Shown here one piece after another: positions 26,880-37,529 of a DNA stretch of 64,000 bases. Position numbers and translations under genes: made by a program. How positions within the stretch are numbered: position 1 is the stretch's first letter; each line of letters starts with the position of its first letter. The notes below the pieces were generated by a model. The model worked only from the letters and a program-made list of their open reading frames with translations, did no database searches and was not told the origin of the DNA. This stretch comes from Mobula hypostoma (taxonomy: Eukaryota). Where the stretch lies: positions 25,980,001 through 26,044,000 of the forward strand of contig NC_086118.1 of NCBI RefSeq assembly GCF_963921235.1, written 5' to 3'.

Positions 26880-27320
26880 GCAGTTTGACAGACCTCTATA
26901 GATGCACAAGGGAGGGTATCCTGACTGGTTGCATCACAGCCTGGTGTGGAAACACTTGTGTGCAAGTATGAAAGATCCTCCAAAAAGTGGTGGATATAGC
27001 TCAGTTCTGCACAGGAAAGACTTCCAAACTATTGAGCACCTCTACAAACAGCACTGCCACAAGAAAGCAGGATCCATCACCAAGGGCTCCCGCCATCCAG
27101 GCCATGCTCTCTTCTTGCTGCTACCCTGGAGAAGGAGGTACAAGAACCACATCACCGGATTCAGGAACAGCTATTACCCTTCATTCATCAGGCTTCTGAA
27201 CCAGAATGGACAACTTCAATCACCACAACACTGAATACAACCTATGAACTCAATTTCAAGGACTCTACAACTCATGTTCTCAGTAATGTTTATTTACATA
27301 TTTATTATTATTATATCATC
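26880..27320 (+). mobile_element. Rex1/Babar LINE 3' fragment
   Basis: YRCTREGILTGCITAWCGN and HPGHALFLLLP..RNSYYPSFIRLLN. Confidence 0.8.
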
Positions 27321-27842
27321 GCAACTGTAACCTTAAGCTGCTTTCGTTCTCAAACTGTCAGGCTTGGCCTAATTTAAAAAATGGAAAGCTTTGTCCCCCA
27401 TCCAGCAAGTCTAATAAAGGGAAACATTATCAGTGTCATTCCCAACTGAGTCAAAGTCAAAAACTTAGGAATGGACAGGAAATTGAGAGGAATGAAATAC
27501 ATTTTAAATGCTGCACCCAACTGAGGAGTCATAAAGGGTTAATTTCTCCCACCTCTGCCAATAAGGAGTTTACATGTTCTCTCCATGACCATGTGGGTTT
27601 CCTCCCACATTACAAAGATGTACAGGCTAGAATGGGTTAATTATTTACATGGGTGTAATTGGACAATGCAGGCCCATTGGGCTGAAAGAGTCTGTTCCTG
27701 TGTTGTATATTTAATTAATTAAATTGAAAGATAAAAACAGCATGCTTTTTATCCCATTGGGAATGCTGGACAATTTCATCTGCCCTATGATATACAACTA
27801 CCTCGCAAATGTATGAAATCTGGTTTAACATTTCACCTCGTT

Positions 27843-28075
27843 GGGCACATGGTCAAGGTGGTTAAGGCATTCGTCTAGTGATTTGAAGGTCACTAGTTCA
27901 AGCCTCAGCTGGGGCAGCGTGTTTGTGCCCTTGAGCAAGGGACTTAACCACATATTGCTCTAGTGTCTGTGTGAGGAGTGGCGCCCCACACAGACTTCCA
28001 ATCTGCACCTTGTAAGGCATGAAAATGCCCAACGCAGGCCCCTCAAGGTCTGAGTCGATGTTCTCCGCCCCCCCT
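27843..28075 (+). mobile_element. tRNA-derived SINE with a CORE-like body
   Basis: Pol III A box tggtcaaggtgg (27850-27861) and B box agttcaagcc (27895-27904), then ccttgagcaagggacttaacc, resembling the CORE domain. Confidence 0.7.
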
Positions 28076-28899
28076 TGGGAAATGGAACAAAGAGAAAGCA
28101 AGATACCACTTAGGAAGAAAACGCCAATAGTTAGAAAGAGGAGACAAATAATTGTGTTGCAGATAATTGCATGAGAAGGAGGGGAAATATGAATTGTAGG
28201 ACTACTTTTAATATATCTGCTGCATTGCCCAAACCGGTAGAGATGGCAATTCAAAATTAAGTGTAATCGTTAGATGATGTTACTTGGAGTAGGTCACTAT
28301 TCAGTAAGGTCATGATTGATCCAATTCTGTCTTCAATCTGATCTTCCTGTTTGGTCACCATTGGCCTTCAATCCCATATAGCTCAAAATGTGCCCGCCTC
28401 AACCTTATTTAATGCTTCAGCCTCTACAGCTCTCTAGGGTAGAAAATTCCAAAGAAATACAATATTTTAAGAGAGAAAAAAATGCTCATTATTTCCACAT
28501 AGTATGGATCATCTCCTCTTTGGAAATTATGCTCATTAATTCTTGATTATCCTGCAGTCTCTCAACATCTATCCTGCCACGTCCCCTGTGAGCTTTACAT
28601 ATTTCAATAAGATCTCCTCTCATTTTTCTAAATTACAGGCCAAATCTGTTCAGTCTTTCCTTATAAGTCAATACTTTCGCCACGGGACTCAACCTGGAAT
28701 ATCTTCCATATATAGTCCAAAGCCAGTACATACCTCCTTAAATATGATAACCCATACACATATTGCAGGGAAGAGCTGCAGTCCCAGTGAAATGTGAACT
28801 CACAACCTCAAATTTATATGACCGGCCCTCTAATCCCTGTGCTACAGATCTACCTTCTAAGTCTACATACCGACATCCAAGGCTTCTCAGCACACACAA

Positions 28900-31800
28900 T
28901 CAGAATATAGAACATAGAAAATCGAACAGTACCGCACAGGAACAGACCCTTCAGCCTACAATATTGTGCTGAACCAAATAACCGGTAAACAAATGGCCAA
29001 CAAACAAATCCCTTATGCCTACACAATTTCCCTCACATTCAAGTGCTTGTCTAAACATCTCTTAAAGTCCCTAATGTATCTTCCTCTACCACCACCCCAG
29101 ACAGTGGGCACCTACCACTCAGTGTAAAAAAGCTTGCCTCTCACATTTCCTTTGAAATTAACCCTCTCACTTTAAATGCCTGCCCTCTGTTATTAAACAC
29201 TGTCTACTCTGTCTGTGCCCCTCATAATCTTACAATACTCTATCAGATCTTCCATTAGCCTCCATCACTCCAAGAAAACAACCCAAGTTTGTCCAACCTC
29301 TTGTATAGCACATACGCTCTGATCCAGGTAAACCTCCTCTGCATCCTCTCCAAACCCTTGATTTCTTTCCTAAAATGAGGTGACCAGAACTGCATTCAAT
29401 ACCCCAGATGTTGTCTAATAACTAGAGTTTTATAAAATTGCAACTTAACTTCCTGACTTTTGAACTCAGTGCCTCAACTAATAAAATCAAACAGCTCATA
29501 TGCCCTGTTAACCAACCTGGAGCTATGAACTTGGACCCCAAGATCCCTCTATTCATCAACACTGTTAAAAGTCTTGCTGTTAACTGTGTACTATCGCCTT
29601 ACGTTTAACCTACCAAGGTGCATCAGTTTACATTTGGCCAGGGTAAACTCCATCTGTCATTTCTCTGCCCATATCTGCAAATGATTTACATCTCACTATA
29701 TTTTTTTGAGTTCATGATTGTAATCTGAGATACTCTGAAATCATGCAAAACATATAGAAATGCTCTGAAATCATGCAAAACATATCTGGGTGCAGACTGC
29801 TACAGTGATCACATATCAATAATCAGCGTGAAGTACCTGAGACTCAGAAAGCTTAAAAGGCCAAGAGTAGAGCCAAAGCTGAATTTGGGACTTTTGAGAA
29901 AAAACAGTGACTTCAAAAATGAATTCCAAATAACAGTGAAGAACAAATTCAAGGCTCTACAAAGCATCACTATTATGGAACAGCAGTGAGAAAACCTTAG
30001 AGACAGCTAACACAAGCAGCACAAGAGGTGATCCCCAAACAACAGAAAAAAGCTAAAAAGAAATGGATGACAGAAGAAATTCTGAATCTTATGGAACAAA
30101 GAAGAAAATGTAAGGAAAACGAAAAAGCCTACATATCTTTGCATGCACAGATAACGGCCAAGGAAGCAAAAGAAAAGTGACTTAAGGACAAATGTGAGTT
30201 AATAGAACAATTGCAGAAGACCAACAACAGCAAACGTATGCACGACGAGATCAAAGAGGTCACTAATTGGAAGAAAACTGGGGCAACAACAGGATGTATA
30301 AAAGCAAAAGATGGCTCTACAATTATGGAAAAAGGAAAAATAGTGCAAAGATGGTCAGAATACATCAAAGACCCATACGACGACAAAGACCGAGAGGACA
30401 ACTTTGATATTGGCAACAACAACGAAGGCCCAGCAATACTGAAAGAAGAAGTGGAAAATGCTATGAAGAAAATGCGAAAGGTGAAATTATCAGGACCATA
30501 TAACATTCTGGTTGAACTGTATGAAGCGATAGAAGATTTTGGTGTAGAGAAATTAACAATCTTATTGAATAGAATGTACAACAGTGGCAAAGTACCAGAA
30601 GATCTTTTAAAGGCAGTATTCATTGCACTGCCAAAGAAACCAGGTGCAACAGAGTGTGGACAACACAGAACAATTAGTTTAATGAGCCACCTCACAAAAA
30701 TTCTACTTAGAATCATCATGCTCAGAATAAGAAACAAAATTAAATCAGAGATCAGTGAAGAACCGTGCAGCTTTGTCGAAGGCAAGAGAACATCAAACAC
30801 CACTTATATTCTCAGAAATATCGAAAGGTCAATAGAAGTACAACAAGACCTATATTTCTGTTTCATTGACTACACAAAAGCCTTTGACACAGTGAAACAC
30901 CAAGTCATCATGAAAATGCTTAAAGATATTAATATCGACGGAAAAGATCTAAGAATAATCAGGAAACTCTACTGGCAACAAAGTGCAGCCATATGGATAG
31001 ACAATGAGATTGGTGAATATCAGCCAATAAAGTGAGGAGGCAGACAGGGTTGTGTTCTATCACCAGACCTGTTCTCCTTGTACAGTGAAAGCATCATGAG
31101 AACCATACAAGACCTACATGGAATAAGTATAGGAGAATACAATATCAACAACCTATGCTATGCGGATGATACAATATTGATAGCAAACAGTGAAGTAAAT
31201 TTACAGAAACTAGTATCTACCATCAACACACAGAGCGAAAGACTTGGCCTAACCTTAAACAAAAAGAAAACTGAAGTAATGGTAATATCAAAGAAACCTG
31301 ATATCCCAAACTGTAGGATCGTATTGGGAAATGAAATCCTGAAACAAGTTCACAACTTCAAGTACCTTGGATCATGGGTAATATTTGATGGCAAATGCGA
31401 AACAGACATAAAAGCAAGAATAGCAATGGCAAGAACAGCATTTACAGAAATGAGAAACATCCTAACGAACAAGAAAATAGCAATTGACATCCGCCTTAGA
31501 ACTCTCAGCTGCTACATTCTTCCTATATCGATGTATGGCTGCGAGTAATCGACCATCACAAATGCAGTGGAAAAAAGAATCAATGCAGCAGAGATGTGGT
31601 TCCTCAGAAGAATGCTATGCATATCATATACGGACAAGATAACAACGAAGAAGTTCTACAGAGAACGAAAACAAAACGTACATTACTTAAAAAAATCAGA
31701 AAGCAGCAATCAGAATTCTTTGGACACATCATGCAAGGAGAGACATTAGGATATTTAGTTACAACTGGAAAGCTGGAAGGAAAAAGAAGCGGGGCAGACA

Positions 31801-33430
31801 GAGAATGAAAATGATAGATGGAATAACATCATGGTTAGAAACAGGGGAGGCAACAACTACAATTCAGAGGGTCAAGGACCGTGATGGATGGAGAGACATG
31901 ATCGCCCACGCCAAAAGGCAAGGCACCTGAATGATATTTTTTGCCAGTCATCTATGCTATCCATAACACCACCAATCTTCATACCTTTGGCAAACTTACT
32001 AAACAACCCACCTACATTTTCATCCAGGTCATTAATATACAGCACAAGCAGCAAAGGTCCCAGTACAGATCACTGAGGAACACCACTAATCACAAACCTC
32101 CAACGAGAATAAATCCCTTTGACCACCACCCTCTGTCTTCTATGGGCAAGCCTGTTGTGAGCCCAAATGGCCAATTCACCATTGATCCTATGCATCTTAA
32201 TCTTCTGGATGAGCATTCCATGAGGGACCTTGTCAAATGCTTTACTAAAATCATGTAGACAGCATCAACAGCTCTACCTTCATCAAGTACCTTCGTAAGA
32301 CATGACGTGCCCTGTACAAAGCAATTCTGGCTCTCTCTAATTAGGGCATGGCTTTCCAAATGCTCATAAATCCTATTGCTAAGAATTCTCTCCAGTAACT
32401 TCCATACCATTGACGTGATTCTCACTAGTCTATAGTTTCCAGGATTTTCCCTGGTCCCCTTCTTGAACAATGGAACAACATTAGATACTTGCCAGTCCTC
32501 CAGGACCTCAAATGTGGCTAGAGAAGCCACAAAGATATTGGTCAAGACCCCAGCAATCTCTTCTCTTGCCTCCTTCAATAAACTAGGGTATATTCCATCA
32601 GGCCCTGGGGACTGATCCGCATTAATCCTCTTTAAAAGACTCAACACTACCTCCTCCTTTACCCCAAAATGCCCTAGCATATCAATATGCTTGGCACTGC
32701 TCTCCCTATCCTCCATGTCCTTCTCCTTGGTAAATACTGATGTAAAGTACACATTAAGGACTTCATCACCTCCCTCTTTACCCTCTTGCTCTTGATGTAT
32801 GTATAGAATGCCTTGGTATTCTCTTTACTCCAACTTGCCAGGGAATTTTCATTGTACCTCCTGGTTTTCCTAATTTCTTTTTTCGAGTTTTTGTTCTGGC
32901 TTCTTCATAATCCTCAAGTTATCTGTTCGATTCTAGCTTCTTAACATACTTTTCCTTTTTCTTCTTGACTAAATTCATCACCTATCACCACACTCAAGGT
33001 TCTTTTACGTTTGCATCCTGTTCTTCCATCTGATTGGAACTTGCCTGTCCTATACTCAGTGAAGTAGTTCAAAGGCTACATGTCGGATATGAACTTGCTC
33101 AAAAACGATTGTTTCCAATTAACTCTCTCTCGTTCCTGCCAAATGCTCTCATAATTTATCCTGCTCCAATTTAATACGCTTCCACAATGTCTATACTTAT
33201 CCTTACAACAGCTATCTTAAAACGCAAGGAGTTGTGATCACTGTTCCCCAACTGCTCACCCACTCAAAGGTCAATCACTTAGCCAGGCTCATTAGCCAAC
33301 ACCAGATCTAGTACAACTCCTCTTCTTGTTAAACTATGCACACATTGATTTAAGAATCCCTCCTGGATGCACCTTACAAATTCTATCCCATCTAAACCTC
33401 TTGCACTAAGAAGGCCCCAGTTTAACTATA
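28900..33430 (-). mobile_element. CR1 LINE (EN-RT-3' UTR), interrupted by an RTE
   Basis: ORFs 32090-32752 (YFTSVFTKE, SPGPDGIYP, PGNYR) and 31872-32054; the 3' part continues at 28900-29707. Confidence 0.9.
29709..31933 (+). mobile_element. 5'-truncated RTE-clade LINE
   Basis: ORFs 30211-31035 and 31078-31548 carry LPKKPGATEC..RTISLMSH, FIDYTKAFD, RQGCVLSP and YADD. atatttttt(t)g is repeated at both junctions (likely TSD). Confidence 0.93.
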
Positions 33431-33794
33431 TCCAGCTTTGTTGTTTCTGCAACAGTGAGCCACTGAATTTTCCCCCTGACTTTGGTAGCTTACTCTGTGG
33501 TGTGTGTTCCAGTCCTAACAGGCTTTTGCTCTTTGCCCAGTGAGAATTCTTTAGGTATAAAGCTATCCAGTGAGCACTGCCATTAGCCACACTTCACCAC
33601 AGCCTAGGTATATAACCCAAGCCCAATTTAACCCACTTATATACTCCAAGTTCAGGACAGGTCAGATAATAAGGAATATTATAGGATCTGAGGCTTGCAT
33701 TAGTTTTGCTTCATACATTGTCAGGTCAGATTTGAGTTTATATCTGAACATACCCCCAGACTTCGCTTCATTTAACAACAGATAATGGGAAGCG

Positions 33795-33920
33795 CAAACA
33801 CGAGGAATTCTGCAGATGCTCTGATTTCAAGCAACACACACAAAAGTTGCTGGTGAAAGCAGCAGGCCAGGCAGCATCTCTAGGAAGAGGTACAGTCGAC
33901 GTTTTGGGCCAAAACCCGAA
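33795..33920 (-). mobile_element. Penelope pLTR fragment with a truncated hammerhead
   Basis: Same family as 4050-4180; CUGANGA is missing and GAAA has become AAAA. Confidence 0.85.
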
Positions 33921-34026
33921 GGCTGACTGATTGCATTTCACCATACCTACATGTGCTGAGGAACTGAATGCAAAACATTGCACCTTGTTTAATTCAGTGA
34001 CATGTCATGCAACACAATGCACTTAC

Positions 34027-34138
34027 CTGCTAAATCCTTTGTGAAACCAACTAAATTGAATATTAACATGATATTCTCAATTGTGGTATCCTCACTGTAA
34101 ATTTGCTCATTCTTAGTGGAAAATTTCACAACCAGAAT
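34027..34138 (-). CDS. Candidate coding exon (112 nt) of an unidentified host gene
   Basis: taacag acceptor, perfect CAG|GTAAGT donor, and an open phase-0 frame ILVVKFSTKNEQIYSEDTTIENIMLIFNLVGFTKDLA that is in frame with the 35671 exon. Confidence 0.5.
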
Positions 34139-35265
34139 CTGTTATGCATACATATTAATTAAGCTTAATTCAAAGTGTAGGAAGTCAGGTATCTCAGCAA
34201 GATCATATCAACTTATCAAAAAAATGTAAAAAGAACTGTAGAAGCTGGAAACCTAAATAAAAACCAGAACATTAGGAAACCCTCAGCAATCAAACACCAT
34301 CTGTAGACAGAGAAAGAAGTGTTAACATTTCAGTTTAATGCTCCTGATCAAAACTGGGAAAATATACAAATCCAGGTGTCTTAGAAGTTCAAGTTGTCTC
34401 AGTTGTATTAAGAATTTATTTGAAGTAAAGGCATAAAATCTAAGAGTGTATTCCCCAAAAATAAAAACTGCATTAAAGCAAGGTTTCTGTATATGCACTA
34501 TAGAATTTTATAGAGCTAATATTAAGATAGAGAGAGACAGAGCAGTAGAGAGAGAGAAGACAAAATTAATGCTTCAGATCAATGGTCTTTGACCAGAACT
34601 CATTGAGCTGAAACGTAAACTCACTTCATGAAGACAGGAGTGTATGGAACTGAGGGGGGTGTATCTGGGACGCCAGGTAGCACCGTTGAGCCCTCTGGGG
34701 ATGTCGTGGGCTTATCAACGAAACGTCAAAGAAGGAGGGTGCCCACCTGATGAACCCAAGCCCACTGCCAACATCGAGGGTGCCAACTTACCATAGGGAT
34801 TGAAACATCAAGTCCTAGTAGCTCTACTCTACTTCTTTCACAGATGCTACCCCCAAGTACAAACATTTGTATTTCAAACATTTCTCTTTTCATTTTAGGT
34901 TCTGAATTTTTTTGATTTCTGTATTTTATGTCTTCACTGGGAATCTTAGCATATCATTATTATAAAGCATCGTTTAATTGTTAAGTCTTATATTGATCCA
35001 ATAAGTCGATCTGCTAAATACTGTATTTCTGTTGACATAAAGCACTGTTTTTGGAAACTCCAGTCTGCATTAGAAGATGAGGATTCTCAGGGCTTGGAAT
35101 AAAAAGTTACAATTTCAAAGCCAAAAACTTCTCTTTCAGATATACTGTAATAACCCCTGTGCAGAACCAGCAGGTGTTGGACCAAGTCTTTCACTACTGC
35201 TGGTAACCACTCTTGGGACACAGGACTCGTCAACATATGAATAAATAACCACTTGAGGACTGGTA

Positions 35266-35380
35266 ACACACATCAAAGTTGCTGGTGAACGCAGCAGGCC
35301 GGGCAGCCTGGCCTGCTGCGTTCACCAGCAACTTTGATGTGTGTTGCTTGAATTTCCAGCATCTGCAGAACTCCTGTTGT
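35266..35380. mobile_element. Miniature fold-back Penelope pLTR insertion
   Basis: Perfect 36-bp inverted repeat (35265-35300 and 35310-35345); 13-bp TSD ttgaggactggta at 35253-35265 and 35381-35393. Confidence 0.9.
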
Positions 35381-35499
35381 TTGAGGACTGGTAGGCTGAT
35401 TACCTAATACTCCCTCTCTGGCATACACACTCATATTCCTTACACTCTACCCTCTTCACATATCAGAAGTAGAAATCCTAATCAAAATTTCTTCTTCAC

Positions 35500-36800
35500 C
35501 CAAGCGTGCTACCAGCAACAGTCGCGTTTGACATCAATATTATTTAACTCTGAATAGGAAAGCAAGACTCAGACCCTTTTGGAGTGCATAAACCAGCTAC
35601 TTATGTCGGGAGTCTGACGTATTGTGTATAATTTTATGATCACTAAGGTGTCACTTTACCATAAACTAACTTTTAAAGCGTTCAACATTTCCCCATGGAA
35701 ACGCCAGTTTGCCATCGCTAAGCAGATGTAAGTTAACCAAGAATCGCGGGCTGGGCACAAATAACGAAACATCTCCAAAGTAAAGTCGGACATATTCGAT
35801 AACGCCAGTTGAAAATACCTGTCTAGACTACGAGCTAAACTGTTCAAGTACAGTTTTAACACATGCAATGGTGATATTTTCAGTTGCTCTTAACCTTTCC
35901 ACCCCGCTGAGAGAACCAAATGTGATAATGACGCCGGTTTAACAGTCAAACGGCACCTCCAGAAATCTGGGCGTTTACTTATCATGACAGAATCTATTTA
36001 CCACACGTTTTCTGCAAAAAAATTTTTAGCTGCCGACAGGGACCGTGCTTCTGAACAACAATAACAAAGCCAAAACAGTTGCATGGCTTCACTTACACTT
36101 GTTCTCATTGTTTTTCTATTACTTAAACATCTTTCTCAAGACAATCCTACGAGTGACCACGACTTGGGCCGAATTATGAAGCGATTTAAAATAAAGATTG
36201 CACAGCAAAAGGGAGAATCAATAGCTTCACACCAAAACATAAATCGAATCAAAACATAACTCACTGGATGAATATGTCAATAGGTTGCAATTGTCTTTGA
36301 TTCCCAGTTCCGACTTAATGAAGCCAACGCCACACCTAATCAATTCTGGATCGAAAGCCCAAAGACACATCTCAACTTACTATGAGCGAGGTCGGACAAC
36401 AAGCCGAGCTCACTGGTGTAAGAGAATGGCAGTGAATCTAACCGCAGCTTCTCATTGGTCGAACTCGTTTCAGGAAGTAAATTTAGACATCTCGCAGAAT
36501 GAATGTTAGTCGATATTTTTGTCACTTTCCTGTGCATGCTTTTCAAATCAGAGACAACGCCTGGATTTAAACAAGCAATTCCAGAATCCCCCAGCTTTGA
36601 AAGATGTTATAACTTTGGCGGCGTTTGTGTGGTGCGGGGTTTAATCAAACTGCAGCCCAATCCAAAATTGAAGTTCACCGAACGCTCCATAGTTTTTTCA
36701 GTTGAAAACATCTAAACATCGTTTTAGAAGTTATAATACAGGGCAGATTTCTGCGAAATTCATCGAAACATGTCCATTAAGTCAACTTTAAAAATAAATC
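35500..36800 (-). promoter_or_regulatory. CpG-enriched promoter / first-exon region
   Basis: Unique sequence with visibly more CpG than the flanks. ATTGG (CCAAT box) at 36454-36458 and an ETS-type CAGGAAGT at 36471-36478. Minus-strand donors GTAAGT/GTGAGT at 36380, 36264 and 36096, and a strong acceptor before 36050. Confidence 0.55.
35671..35793 (-). CDS. Candidate first coding exon segment of an unidentified host gene
   Basis: Open frame MSDFTLEMFRYLCPARDSWLTYICLA-MANWRFHGEMLNALK ending at AAA|GTTAGT. The ATG at 35715 has good Kozak context (GCGATGG). Confidence 0.4.
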
Positions 36801-37529
36801 TGTGCCAGATAGAGACAGAAAATTAGAATTGTCTGAAAACACAAAAAGTACAGTAGATGCTGGAAGTACGAAATGAAAAAAAAATTCTGGTAACATTCGG
36901 CAGATGGCAACGTCTGTGGAAAATGAAGCAATTTACGTTTCACATCAAGGAGCCTAGGATCAGAACTGGGAATGAAATGTAAATTGTTTTCAAGTCGCAG
37001 AAATTGTCTGTGTCAGATGACAGGTGCGGAAAGGGAGAGGTGGATAGGAAAAAGGAAAAGGCTTACTGTGCAGATTTGATGTTGATGAAGTTATAAAGAG
37101 ATAAAGTTGATAACTTTATTCTGTTTTGCTTATGGCTGTTTCCTTCTTTTTCTGAAATAATATAAAATATAGTGCTATTGATATGAAACCAACTGGCTCA
37201 TTTCCTCTACAGATGTTTGCTCCCTCTATTCTTCTATCCCATACCAGGATGCCCCAAGTGCCACCTGCTTCTTCCTTGAATGGATATCTTTCACCAGACA
37301 AAACATGTTCTTAAACTGAAAAAACTTTTCCTTTAATTTCACTTCCTTGAAATCAAGGTAGCCATGGGAACCTAGATGTGTTACAGCTGTCATAATATGT
37401 TATTTGTTATGTGGTGCAATCTTTGTTTCTGTCCCATTCAATATCCTCCATCGCATTTTTTCCAGTACCCTAAAGAGTATATTAATTACTTTTCCTTTCC
37501 TCATACAGGATTCAAAGGTTTCATCACCT

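Noticed and set aside
27843..27915. Possible tRNA gene
   Set aside because: A and B boxes are present, but there is no clean cloverleaf and it continues into a SINE body.
33951..33963. 13-nt microexon that would phase-link the 34027 and 26664 candidate exons
   Set aside because: It needs a ~63-nt intron and has no independent support.
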